A stretch of 64,000 bases of DNA, from positions 585,925-649,924 of the forward strand of contig CAIRNR010000007.1 of NCBI GenBank assembly GCA_903879985.1, given 5' to 3'. The DNA is from an uncultured candidate division WWE3 bacterium. GTDB taxonomy: Bacteria > Patescibacteriota > WWE3 > UBA101185 > UBA10185. Each line of letters begins with the position of its first letter. Position 1 is the first letter of the stretch. The position numbers were made by a program, and so were the translations under genes. Shown piece after piece: positions 24,101 through 27,816 of the stretch. The notes below the pieces were generated by a model, which did no database searches, was not told the origin of the DNA, and saw only the letters and a list, made by a program, of their open reading frames with translations.

Positions 24101-26681
24101 TTCTTCCTGTTAATAAGTTAATTTCTGTCGTTGAAGCAGTAGCCCCGGAAAGTTTGTTAAGTTCTGTGGCAGTAGCTGCAACTCTTGTTCCGGAAATGAA
24201 CAAGTTTGTCATATTAGCAGAACCGGCTACGTCAAATTGATAACCTGGGTTTGTGGTACCAATACCTAATTTACCTGTGGCATTATTCCAGAATAAATTG
24301 TTTGAACCTATGACAGTGTTTAATCCATTCCAGAAAGTAAGTTGTCCGGATGCGCCAGAACCTGACACATTGCCAGTACCTGCACCTATGCCAGTTACTG
24401 AATTACATTTCCATGCACCTGCTACGCTGTCCCATGATAGTACTTGATTAGATGTACAACCGCCTAACAAGCGAACGCCATCTGCTGTTAATTCCATGCC
24501 AGATACGGATGATGTTACTGAAGTTGTGCCAGTTGTAGCCAACTTTAGATCAATTGTGTCGGCGCTTGCTGTTATTCCAGAACCGGCCCCAATATTAATA
24601 GTTAATGATCCGTTTGAGCCACCGCCAATTAAACCGTTACCTGCTGTTACTGCGGTTGTGGCATAGTTGCTAACGTTCGAATTGTCTAAAAGTGTGCCAG
24701 ATCTACCATGAGTTAAACTAAGTTCTGTTGCTGTTGCATTTACTTGAGATCCGCTTATATATAATAGAGTAGTGTTAGTTGCTCCGTTGACATCTAAAGC
24801 AAATAAAGATGTTGGCACTCCGATACCTAATCTTCCGTATGTACCATCCCAATATAATCCACTAGCGCCCTTTACTGTTGTTGATGTGTCAAACATTGTC
24901 AATTGTCCCGCTACACCAGATCCTGTGATTGAAGTTGTACCAACTCCTGCGACAACTGTGCATTTCCAAACTGCATTTGCGGCATCCCATGACAAAACTT
25001 GATTATCGCCGCATCCGCCAATGATACGAACTCCGTCGTTTGCAACTTCTAAACCTGAGTTACTGGATGTAGTTGCTGAAACTCCCATGGTTAGTGCATC
25101 AATTGTTAAACTGTCACCTAATGGCGTAATACCTGGACCCGCTCCGATGTCTATATTAATAGCTCCGTATGAACCACCGCCGATTAAACCAAGTCCTGCG
25201 GTAACGGATGTAATAGCATGTGAGCCAATATTATTTGTAGTAATAATTGTTCCAGTAGCACCGTCTAGTAAATTAATTTCAGAAGCATTAGCTGTGACTT
25301 CTGTGCCGGATATAAATAGAGTGGTGGTGTTGGTTGAACCTGCTACATCTAAATCGTACATAGGAGTATGTGTGTGCACACCAATCTTACCATTTGTTGT
25401 TATTATCATTCTTTCTGTGTTGTTAGTTTTTAAAACTAAGGATTGATTATCTGTTGTTCCTAAGAAATCTACATTTGAATCTGTGCCAACGTTACCTGTT
25501 GTAACCCAAGATAATTTGGACAACAAAGAAGTTCCTGTTACCCAACTTGGTGAACTACCTGTAGACATCAATAAAGCCCCTGGGGCTGTTGAGATTGGTA
25601 AGGTGGTTAATGTTCCGGATCCGTTGGCATAAATCATGTCACCGGCTGTGTATGAAGTTATTCCTGTGCCTCCGTATCCTTGTTCTATTGTTTGACCTTG
25701 CCATGTACCATTTGTAATTGTGCCAACTTGTGTGATTTGTGTTTGAGGTACTGTTTGAATCGATCCGCCTTGTACCATTAATATGTCAGAATTTGTGGCA
25801 GTCATTTTTCCAATGTTAACGCCACCTAGTTTAGATACTTTAGTATGGAGTAAATCTATTCCTGTAACATCTCCTGCTGTGTGTAATGAAGTTTCTAATG
25901 TGTTCTTAGTTACGGCGTCGATACTAAGTAAGTTTTGCATTGTTCCTGCACCATTGAATGTTAAGTTTCCTGTGGTAACGGTTGTTGTTAATACGCCACC
26001 ATTTAAAGTTGAAAGTCCTTCTACTGTTAATCCTTCAGCTACATTTACGGTTTTCTTAAAATAGGAAGGAACGTTTGTATTAAAGACATAGTTTGTCACT
26101 TTATCTTGCGCAGCTAATACGGCAGCCATTGCAAATTTTTGTTCGTTTGTTGCTTGTGCATTTGCAGCTAGTACAGCTTGTCTATTTTGTTTTACAGTTT
26201 CTATTAAACTACTTACAAGTTTTTGAGAATTTTTATTTGTGCCCGCAAGTAGCAAAGTTGTGATGATAAATGCTATTACTAAATACTTGCCATTTGTTTT
26301 AGTTAAGGAAAATTTGGAACCATTACTTAAGTTAACTTTTCTGTTTTCAGGTACTTCGTTAATAATAGGAGTAGTTTCTTTTTGGGTGGATACTGGAGTA
26401 CTGCAACCCTGTAGTAATCTTTGTCTGTACATCTCTTTTAAGTTATCTTTTTTACATTTCTTTTGTTCGTCAACTAATTTTTTTAATTCGTTGATTTGTT
26501 CAACCCTATAGGCGCGGTGATTGTTGTCTAATCTTTCTGATGTAATTTTACCCTCAGACTCAAGTCTTCTTAATGATGATGGGGAAATTCCAAGGATATT
26601 AGATGCATCTAATACTTTGACATAATTTTTCTGTGTAAGGACGTATTTGTTTGTATTATTATCTTGGGCAGAGGCTTTCAT
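183..26681 (-). CDS. Giant (8,832 aa) modular cell-surface protein with tail-fibre-like repeats, 18-residue beta-helix repeats, beta-sandwich repeat arrays and a C-terminal intramolecular-chaperone (peptidase S74-like) domain; N-terminal MerR/excisionase-type HTH and signal-anchor TM helix
   Basis: Single uninterrupted ORF in the six-frame track. Internal repeats are visible in the translation: 'LFWNNATGKLGIGTTAPAYQLDVAGS...' about every 200 aa, 'NTAIGxxALxxNTTGxx' 18-mers, '...TPT.DFDGTISNISVK' about every 100-120 aa, and 'YSDSRLKENISYL' near the C-terminus. A hydrophobic helix 'YLVIAFIITTLLLAGT' lies at about aa 135-150. Confidence 0.85.
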   Translation of the reverse strand: MKASAQDNNTNKYVLTQKNYVKVLDASNILGISPSSLRRLESEGKITSERLDNNHRAYRVEQINELKKLVDEQKKCKKDNLKEMYRQRLLQGCSTPVSTQKETTPIINEVPENRKVNLSNGSKFSLTKTNGKYLVIAFIITTLLLAGTNKNSQKLVSSLIETVKQNRQAVLAANAQATNEQKFAMAAVLAAQDKVTNYVFNTNVPSYFKKTVNVAEGLTVEGLSTLNGGVLTTTVTTGNLTFNGAGTMQNLLSIDAVTKNTLETSLHTAGDVTGIDLLHTKVSKLGGVNIGKMTATNSDILMVQGGSIQTVPQTQITQVGTITNGTWQGQTIEQGYGGTGITSYTAGDMIYANGSGTLTTLPISTAPGALLMSTGSSPSWVTGTSLLSKLSWVTTGNVGTDSNVDFLGTTDNQSLVLKTNNTERMIITTNGKIGVHTHTPMYDLDVAGSTNTTTLFISGTEVTANASEINLLDGATGTIITTNNIGSHAITSVTAGLGLIGGGSYGAINIDIGAGPGITPLGDSLTIDALTMGVSATTSSNSGLEVANDGVRIIGGCGDNQVLSWDAANAVWKCTVVAGVGTTSITGSGVAGQLTMFDTSTTVKGASGLYWDGTYGRLGIGVPTSLFALDVNGATNTTLLYISGSQVNATATELSLTHGRSGTLLDNSNVSNYATTAVTAGNGLIGGGSNGSLTINIGAGSGITASADTIDLKLATTGTTSVTSSVSGMELTADGVRLLGGCTSNQVLSWDSVAGAWKCNSVTGIGAGTGNVSGSGASGQLTFWNGLNTVIGSNNLFWNNATGKLGIGTTNPGYQFDVAGSANMTNLFISGTRVAATATELNKLSGATASTTEINLLTGRTGTLLDTANVATYSTTGVTAGNGLTGGGTNGVLTVNIGSGSGITANADNIEINLSSSGTTSATSSNSGLELTAGGVRLLGGCLTNQVLAWNSSTATWKCTAVTGIGAGTGNVSGSGVSGQLTFWNGINNVIGSDSLFWNNATGKLGIGTTAPAYQLDVAGSINSTNLFIGGTRVIATATELNKLSGATASTTEINLLTGRTGTLLDTANVATYATTGVSAGNGLTGGGSNGSLTMNIGAGSGITVNADNIELALATSGTTSTTSSNSGMEITSGGVKLIGGCSSNQVLSWDSVNSTWKCNSVTGIGAGTGNVSGSGVAGQVTFWNGINNVIGSNNLFWNNATGKLGIGTTAPSYQLDVSGSANMTNLFLAGTQVLATSAELNKLSGATASTTEINLLTGRTGTLLDTNNAANYTTTAVAAGNGLIGGGSNGSLTINVAGGSGITANADNLEIRLSSTGTSTSTSSNSGLELTAGGLRMLGGCSSNQVLSWDSVNSAWKCNSVTGIGAGTGNVSGSGVAGQLTFWNGLNSVIGSSNLFWNNTASKLGIGTTNPGYQVDVAGSINATNIFIGGTQVIATANELNKLSGATASTTEINLLTGRTGTLVDTNNIANYATTAVAAGNGLLGGGSNGSVTLNIGAGSGISVNADNIDLILATSGTTATTSSNSGMELTANGLKLLGGCSSNQVLSWDSGNSTWKCNSVTGIGAGTGNVSGSGVSGQLTFWNGLNTVIGNNNLFWNNATGKLGIGTTAPAYQMDVAGSINSTNLFIGGSQVIATATELNKLSGATASTTEINLLTGRTGTLLDTNNASSHVTTAVAAGNGLIGGGSNGSLTIDVVGGSGITANANNIEIALSSTGTTSSTSSNSGLEITAGGLRMLGGCSSNQVLAWDSVNSAWKCTAVTGIGAGTGNVSGSGVAGQLTFWNGLNNVIGSSNLFWDNAGNKLGIGTTAPSRNLSVNGDMGATTIYQDGYKVCDSSGNCVGTGSGGAIGGSGNSGYLSMFNGSYTIKNSTLFQSGSNVGIGTTNPGYQLEVAGSANMSTLFIGGSAVTANATELSLTKGRSGTLLDTNNVNSYATTAVAAGNGLLGGGSNGSVTLNIGGGSGITVSADGIDLALSTTGTTSATSSNSGMELTAGGLRLLGGCSVNQVLAWDNVSSTWKCSTVTGIGGVVSGSGVAGQVAFWNGLNATTGSNNFFWNNSTGKLGIGTTAPAYQLDVAGSINSTNLFIGGSQVIATAAELNKLSGATASTTEINLLTGRTGTLLDTNNASNHVTTAVAAGNGLIGGGSNGALTIDVVGGSGITANANNIEINLTSTGTTSVTSSNSGMELTASGLRLLGGCSSNQVLSWDSVNSTWKCNSVTGIGAGTGNVSGSGVAGQLTFWNGLNTVIGSNSLFWNNATGKLGIGTTAPTYQLDVAGSINSTNLFIGGTQVIATATELNKLSGATASTTEINLLTGRTGTLMDSNNVANYTTTAVTAGNGLIGGGSNGSLTINVVGGSGITANANNIEIALSSTGATSSASSNSGLEITAGGLRMLGGCSVNQVLSWDNVSSTWKCSTVTGISGVMSGSGVAGQVAFWNGLNSTTGSNNLFWNNSTGKLGIGTSSPSSVLTAKGNMDTSILSITNSADISAGIGLSGVENNYGMEFFVNGSSVGKWSNNGGLNIGTAAAYEEGNGIANGLLVQGKVGIGTTNPGYQLEVAGSANMSTLFIGGSAVTASAAELSLTKGRSGTLLDTNNVASYATTGVAAGNGLTGGGSVGSLTLNVVGGSGITVNADNIELALATSGTTSTTSSNSGMELTSGGVKLIGGCSSNQVLSWDSSAAAWKCSSVTGIGAGTGNVSGSGVSGQLTFWNGLNSVIGSSNLFWNNSTGKLGIGTTAPAYQLDVAGSINSTNLFIGGTQVLATATELNKLSGATASTTEINLLTGRTGTLLDSNNATNYVTTAVTAGNGVIGGGSNGALSINVVGGSGITANADNIEINLSSTGATTATSSNSGLELTAGGVRMLGGCSSNQVLAWDNVSATWKCSTVTGIGGVVSGSGAVGQLTFWNGVNSVIGNNNLFWNNASGKLGIGTTAPAYQLDVAGSINSTNLFIGGTQVIATANELNKLSGATASTTEINLLTGRTGTLLDTNNATNYVTTAVTAGSGLLGGGSNGSLTMNIGAGSGITVNSDNIDIAITNSGNTAVTSSNSGLELTANGLRMIGGCSNNQILSWDNVNAAWKCNSVTGIGAGTGNVSGSGVAGQLTFWDGLNSVTGSNSLFWNNATGKLGIGTTNPAYQFEVAGSINSTNLFIGGSQVIATATELNKLSGATASTSEINLLTGRSGSLIDTNNLGMYATTSVIAGNGLIGGGSNGAVTLNIGAGSGITISADDITIDAITAGATASTSGNSGLEVAADGLRLLGGCGNNQVLAWDLGASLWRCTSVAGVDGSVSGSGVNGQLTFWNGLSTITSSNNLYWNNATAKLGIGTTAPAYQLDVAGSANFTNFFIGGAQVVATATELNLLSGRSGTLMDSNNIGNYATTAVTAGSGLIGGGSNGSFSMAIGAGSGISVNASNIDVKLATSGTTSTTSSNSGMELTADGLKLLGGCSASQILIWDAINSVWKCDTVTGISGVVSGSGIAGQVLFWNDTYSTTGSKNLFYDKNTSSLGIGTSTPSANLDVAGTTWLKGGSNPGGLFVNASGNVGIGTTNPTSKLTLASTADIESATPVLGDELVNENNWTLSSGWTGDYATGFAHTTGNTTLSRTMSVSSGVSYQVSFTVAGRTSGSFDVELGGHTTTGFTGSDNFTMTATADNGALIFKPTNDFNGTISNISVKSIGADLIDDTGWTEQPGWTGSVYSYFTHTIGLTNPLTFTVPTSAGSSYEFYINPQSRSAGSITVSLGSESHTFTTEGYYTFTASADNMSLVLTPTADYDGHTYLSFKYVGTTELTSADNWSIVSAGTAPAAGWSWDGNYNDGFTHNVGSTQTLEATTTVVQGNNYDLDIDSYDVTAGSFTVTLGDQTQTCENDTECILTFTASGNNLPLVITPTADFDGSYVDLYSLTLNGAGTNLLNFSTWTGVPTFNGWTYDGDSGFIHSTGNTITLSNPTSVVSGNSYSIEVGSWTATGGSYTVSLGGVTHTCSNNTNCTLEFAATVSNTPLVITPTSDFDGDVWAYNLKLKGPQLATDASWTLGTGWSGNFTDGFTHTANVRSISRPITLPAGNGTYLVQYTVTGRTQGYFRIYIGDTGGYNVSSTGSDLIATSGSDNQNIVIVPSANFDGTISDISVKRVLDPQYIDSVTMGSEWHTAFGSDYIYQHTYEGGTDVLTGNTSVTSGADYLLRFDVFNETHGSVTETFGGQTSGSITGGWGSLMQEVTADGDNIPLVFTPSNDFDGSVQHMSIRQIVDTNLVDDTNWTATSSWSGNYTDGFTHTLDSTDYMLTEALGVTSGNTYEITMSATGSSQIQLPTTLGDSTDIVYPRGGYPNQVNELTAKADNAPLHISSDDTFVGTITGISVRQTSANDMLNYATWSTPADTTTWTGNYNDGLTHVTGNTDALSFGVPSYTAGQLFRVAITVANRTNGAFDVNFGGDDFNFWHDSQTASFQPGIDNGRLVLTPTSDFNGTFTNVSVKDYGPQLLNDTNWVATPSWTGNYNDGFQRVVGNAPLSRPAATLSGTTYRIDAIVNNLSLGDFSLGLGNQRTEGIQGSTYRMLTANTDNAPITIVPSANVNGLIRDIHLVPLSTEITDSNDWTEDAGWTGNYNDGFTHEVGNTNTISRTMSVDQGQNYKTSFTVTGRTAGSFTVTLGGVTSSSINNTNTLNTVIETQDGPLVFTPTSDFDGTISNISVKPITGTYGPLVTIIDSTGAVAFELRSTLAAQENIFMGKNSGSHNTTGALNVALGTNALDFNTTGRYNTGIGAYALQDNTTGEQNTAIGLSALRYNTTGTSNVAIGMQALYSNKSGHKNIAIGGMALFSNTTGSYNTATGDGALYSNTTGTDNTATGTSTLYNNTTGYNNVAMGNLALFENTVGKENIAIGDNSMRYNTSGSENVALGTSTLYSNTTGYNNLAVGTRALFSNTTGNENTALGTTALYYNTSGNGNVATGTSALYYNTTGIDNTATGTRALFNNTTGSYNIATGVNALYNNTTGYDNIGIGNASLNENRDGYLNLAMGDSALHNNTNGHENIALGTEALRMNSEGSYNTAIGTYALHENNGTYNIAIGDGAMYSNTLGNNNVAIGVEALRQNQEGYNNVAIGFSALHENNSGILNTAVGTSAMRSNTTGIANTALGAETLRQNQEGNNNTAIGYDALHENNYGSLNTAIGSSAMRANTLGSNNTALGVNALRSNQESSWNTAIGSDALQNDNGGGYNVAVGSSALFANTTGEYNTAIGVDALISNTTASWNTAVGHRALALNTVGIQNVAVGQNALANNTIGEYGTAIGVDALLSNTTGSWNTAVGNYALSLNTVGTQNVAIGHNALQNNTIGDLGTAVGTNALSSNTTGSWNTAIGGNSLAYNTTGTRNVAVGNDALGSNTIGDLNTAIGAEALSSNTIGSWNTAIGNYSLANNTTGVINVAIGNQTLQGNTTGEANVAVGNRALVSNTTGSWNTAIGSESLATNTTGVNNVAIGQAALFINSTGERNVAVGNRALVSNTTGGWNTALGEQTLATNSTGFANVAVGQAALFLNTEGVRNVAVGNNALGSNTIGSWNTALGWLSLGSNTTGAENVAVGAHTMLQNTGGGRNTAIGNGSMESNTLGSYDTAIGYRSLASNTLGSENVAIGDMTLANNIEGIRNVAIGNGTLQNTTASFNTAIGYMALNANTTGELNIAIGNGSMVNNTTGNHNTAVGINALSSNLEGWNNVALGESALQNNVAAENTAIGNWALMNNTTAVHNTALGYGALSTNQTSTENTAVGWKALNANTGEFNTAIGSGALMSNTTSGKNTALGTSALAVNTTGWENTALGFGALSTNTVNYYNTAVGSYALNNNTGGKNTAIGTSALVNNSGGWENVAVGYQASYANTTGYYNTTVGAGALSANTTGTYNVAMGNGAAASLNGVGNVVVGSAGALLVTSGTNNTFVGNWTGSNPLQAHDVNNSMALGSGAFTTRNNQIVIGNTDIEQTLLNGNVGIGTTNPVSKLSLASTVALEHAPVLGPELVDANNWTKESGWTGDYNTGFSHYAGTFTLSRPVTVYERIDYRVSFTVTDRTAGSFIISLGGKTSGEFTDSGSFDLNANDNSAPLVFTPTNDFNGKITNISVKTVGVGPELTNGSNWSSQTGWTGNYNDGFTHTAGDTVALTSNSMTLTSGSDYLVIFDVRNRTAGSFTVKLADSAYSTEQTANNAVSLNVTATSGALIITPTSDFDGTIYYIYVRKVGNQLLSDQFWVLGSAWNGNFNDGFTHNPGEGTDLSRRLDEAIGNTALVTVNVTNRTQGTVYTDYSGQVTGLLRGSDGWTASGFDVFTASSDSAPIIFRPSGDFDGTITTSAISLGANLLQQSAWGLSGWTGNYATGFTHVAGITDSISRPLTLTAGTAYLTTVTVTGRTAGSFDVSVGGATYEGMGWTGTSYGVFTPANDNEPLIITPSSDFNGTISNISVKAVGAGSELTNSANWNKDSGWTGNWTNGWTHVHGTKALSRPMTLASGGNYFVHVVASGTTTGSFTVTLSGATSAAQTGENIMYLTTTEDNSPLVITPTDDFNGKIEGISVKELGDEMTTGATWNMDSGWTGDFNTGFTHIAGMKYNAPLTRPTSAVTGTAYMLSATVTDRTAGSFDVSVAGNGTGGMGWTGTNSGIFTAYYDNGPVIIAPTGDFDGTISNISVIELGPELLDENDWSEVAGWSGNYNDGFTHTTGTTTSLYLPTSVVSGDTYQLQIENLSISAGSFTVSMGGQSVNINNDNHWPLITLTPTQNNENIVITPTQDSDAYIFLDFLSQVGAELTGADNWTVEAGWNGNYADGFTHYSGEGTNTVSRPMVIDSSSDYNVAVTITGRTHGQVDVSLAGDSNLFASSSYITINNLDTNGPLILTPTDDFDGTVKISVRQTGNRSFLPGNDWTQQQNWTGNYASGFTHVTGSTADLTKPTSAAADTEYYVSYTVTGRTAGSFTVDLGDDYINTVEGSGTIVLNPYNNDALLKITPTADFDGTISNISVRLKGSDMVDENDWTSDSGWSGDNSTGFVHAGNTNVMTMPMTVTQYDKYLVAATITGRTAGSFGIVFAGNPFWFWHDSQTATFEALVEDGPFEIHPDADFNGLMKFSIKHLGAELVDTNDWTAETPWTGDYNAGFTHTPGTEVYTLSRNMDITAGNSYKTTFTVSGRTQGSFTIGLGGTTSGSFTDTNTYVNTATTTGPLIITPTADFDGTISAISTLPVGSELTDSSSWVEASDWSGTYATGFTHTAGEGTMTVYRDMNSINAANAYIISFTITGRTAGSFTIGLGGTTSSSYIETGSIELTTVSNNGRLIFTPTNDFDGKISNISVKHIDSRTYAAIFSISDSTNAVNFEIRSTIAAMNNTFIGVGAGAAYTGGDNNIAVGNHALGSNTTGNRNSAFGSYALIMNTGGEQNTALGLSALYSNTVGSQNTAVGGYALNSNTTGNLNNAFGDYALFSNTTASYNSAFGLNALYHNTTGENNNAFGDYALTANTTGYDNVAFGKEALAANTTGIANVAVGNGALWSNLTGERNTAIGTSALSNNTTAWENVAIGTYSLLSNTTGGQNVAIGAFALNNNISGFSNVAIGKEALFYNVSGGSNTAIGNQALYQNTDGSWNVGIGLNALSNNKGSRNTSIGVHSAEGISSGESNTFIGAYVATNALQKLDVQNSIAIGDNTFTTADNQVVLGNDSISTTLLKGNVGIGTTNPTTKLAFASTEDLEHAPILGAEMTDATGWTKESGWTGNYNTGFAHSSGTFTLSRPMTVATTNTYRVSFTVTDRTAGSVNVTLGDHVTSGITDTTVFNTTIDTDNAPLIFTPTTNFNGTISNISVRLVGADLVDENGWVMQSGWTGNYNTGFAHSSGTFALSKEMSIDVGNVYRIDVTVAGATAGTYSIGLGGETAAGYSGTGTATLTASVKNGPLIFTPTDDFNGTITAINVRIVGSENLDEYAWTVGSSWDGNFNDGFIHAAGDGTDTISRPVGTTIDESYLVSFIVTGRTAGSFTVGLGGQTSGTLTDSISYVVKATEDKGPLIFTPTDDFDGTISAISVKTLSANLTNDTLWSTESDWSGNFTDGFIHAAGSTFTLSRTVATDSGLSYLVSFTIADQTAGSVVLDMQDAPSGSYSTDNSYSVILTSYDYDEPLTFTPTADFDGTISGISVLPLGSESTSSANWTMASDWTGNYNDGFTHTAGEGTFTVFNNLPLTNGESYIVKFSTTGRTNGDVSLSLGGTTSADSPYSYNSNFIADITVTDNTKPLVFTPTSDYDGTISNISVKHIISRKYNALVSVIDSTGALNFEIRSSTAAKNNMYIGVDAGSHTTTGESNLALGKYSLAAVTNGYNNTAIGLNAMLSTTTGAYNTALGINALENMVNSSGNVAIGESTLNSLTDGAYNTAIGMNAGAAITTGENNIFIGYAGFMGNQKVDAMNSIGIGNGVSTTKDNQVILGNTSIVETLLNGNVGIGTTNPNYTLTVNGQPAANGFTAFTNYSDSRLKENISYLSGGYLDKIMQLQPSTFNYNALSGYDDKTRARTITGFIAQDLQKVFPDMVGKTTIKGTEYLDTNLSALQVYLVKAMQELNAKVDSQNAANAELARELGLTDESSQSSETSETSQSSSSAKASNTILDTITKAIADFKDTIGTLGMTTIKDENGNDVLRVTSDLSVMGNATFADVKITGNLMAGSIKIDTIANAINVLGASCYSESTDITNKALCESQTLYLQSKMAGNVDMFNGKIVLEPNGTINAKVVAAEQYKVKHNTNGNDSIGSAQINTGDKAVTINSSLIKTDSKVFVTATSTTNGQMLVVSQKNEGTSFTVSVDNSVDTDVKFDWWIVNVE
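950..1260 (-). other. Intramolecular chaperone / auto-proteolytic domain (peptidase S74-like, as at the C-termini of phage tail fibres and endosialidases); Ser-Lys dyad motif S-D-S-R-L-K encoded at 1212..1229
   Basis: Translation '...FTNYSDSRLKENISYLSGGYLDKIMQLQPSTFNYNALSGYDDKTRARTITGFIAQDLQKVFPDMV...LSALQVYLVKAMQELNAKVD' matches the hallmark 'sDxRLKxnI' signature of this family. Confidence 0.6.
1280..1800 (-). repeat. Third short NxAxG 18-mer block ending in 'DNQVILGNTSIVETLLNGNVGIGTTNPNYTLTV' (module 3 junction)
   Basis: Translation 'FEIRSSTAAKNNMYIGVDAGSHTTTGESNLALGKYSLAAVTNGYNNTAIGLNAMLSTTTGAYNTALG...'. Confidence 0.55.
1800..3560 (-). repeat. Beta-sandwich-like domain array (module 3, about 6 copies)
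   Basis: Recurring 'GW.TESGWTGNYNTGFAHSSGTFTLSR...RTAGS..V.LGG...PL(I/V)FTPT.DFDGTIS.ISV' units. Confidence 0.5.
3600..4640 (-). repeat. Second, shorter 18-residue NxAxG beta-helix repeat block (module 2)
   Basis: 'AVNFEIRSTIAAMNNTFIGVGAGAAYTGGDNNIAVGNHALGSNTTGNRNSAFGSYALIMNTGGEQNTALG...' ending in '...DNQVVLGNDSISTTLLKGNVGIGTTNPTTKLAFAS'. Confidence 0.55.
4640..8700 (-). repeat. Beta-sandwich-like domain array (module 2, roughly 12-15 copies), preceded by a 'NQIVIGNTDIEQTLLNGNVGIGTTNPVSKLSLAS' junction
   Basis: Same '...TPT.DFDGTISNISVK' periodic motif; boundaries approximate. Confidence 0.5.
8870..12540 (-). repeat. Long block (about 1,200 aa) of 18-residue 'N(T/V)A(I/V)G.xAL.xNTTG.x' repeats; predicted parallel beta-helix/fibre shaft (module 1)
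   Basis: Strict 18-aa (54-nt) periodicity in the translation (e.g. 'YNTAIGAYALQDNTTGEQNTAIGLSALRYNTTGTSNVAIGMQALYSN...'). Mirrored by periodic 'ccaatagc.gtatt' in the DNA. Confidence 0.6.
12540..16020 (-). repeat. Beta-sandwich-like ~100-120-aa domain array (module 1), about 10 copies, each ending '...(I/V)TPT.DF(D/N)GTIS(N/D)ISVK'
   Basis: Recurring pattern 'W(T/S)...GW(T/S)GNY.DGF(T/A)H..G.T..LSR......G..Y...F.V.GRT.GSF.V.LGG...' in the translation; boundaries approximate. Confidence 0.55.
16100..25000 (-). repeat. About 15 tandem, highly similar ~600-nt (200-aa) coding repeats of the tail-fibre-like unit (...KLGIGTTAPAYQLDVAGSINSTNLFIGG...ELNKLSGATASTTEINLLTGRTGTLLD...GGCSSNQVLSWDS...WKC..VTGIGAGTGNVSGSG..GQLTFWNG)
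   Basis: The repeat period is visible at nucleotide level (e.g. '...gatgaacaagttggttgagttgata...' in 17814-17845 and '...aatgaacaagttggttgagttgatag...' in 18407-18438, about 590 nt apart). Near-identical plus-strand shadow ORFs recur (17269..17685, 20476..20880, 22450..22866, 23083..23466). Boundaries are approximate. Confidence 0.7.
26480..26630 (-). other. MerR/excisionase-type helix-turn-helix segment at the extreme N-terminus of the giant ORF (aa ~20-65), about 70 aa upstream of the signal-anchor helix
   Basis: Translation 'YVKVLDASNILGISPSSLRRLESEGKITSERLDNNHRAYRVEQINELKKL', resembling the MerR N-terminal HTH ('...RAYRVEQINEL' vs 'R.Y...di..L'). Confidence 0.45.
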
Positions 26682-26861
26682 GGCAGGAAATGTTACTAAT
26701 TGTTTTTACTACAACTTTTAATAACTTTTTAAAGTCTAAATTGAATTCAAATACTCGTCAAGGGTTTTTTCGCTTGATTGACAACTTTGGAAACCTTTTT
26801 GAGTACCTTTTTTGTTTAAGCTTTATATATAGGTTCAAAATATTTCTGATACTATGAAAAA

Positions 26862-26881
26862 TGTACAATACAATTTGTACA
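26862..26881. promoter_or_regulatory. Perfect 7-bp inverted repeat TGTACAA-N6-TTGTACA in the divergent promoter region between the giant gene and the ATP synthase operon; candidate operator
   Basis: Read directly: tgtacaa (26862-26868), tacaat, ttgtaca (26875-26881), in a 340-bp AT-rich intergenic region. Confidence 0.35.
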
Positions 26882-26955
26882 AATATAAATTTTGATATTT
26901 AAAGAAACATGCTTACGTAGTTTTGTATATTTATTTTTGGGAAATTTGTATATAA

Positions 26956-27807
<852 letters not shown>

Positions 27808-27816
27808 ATTTATTAT

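Noticed and set aside
616-26511. Dozens of 60-150-aa plus-strand ORFs inside the giant gene (e.g. 16954..17262, 17269..17685, 19228..19689, 20476..20880, 22450..22866, 23083..23466, 25021..25446) and short minus-strand ones (5165..5359, 6518..6802, 12092..12394)
   Set aside because: They are antisense or off-frame shadows of the giant ORF. Their near-identical sequences simply mirror the 600-nt coding repeats. Proline- and valine-rich low-complexity translations, no RBS or promoters, and complete containment in a much longer ORF.
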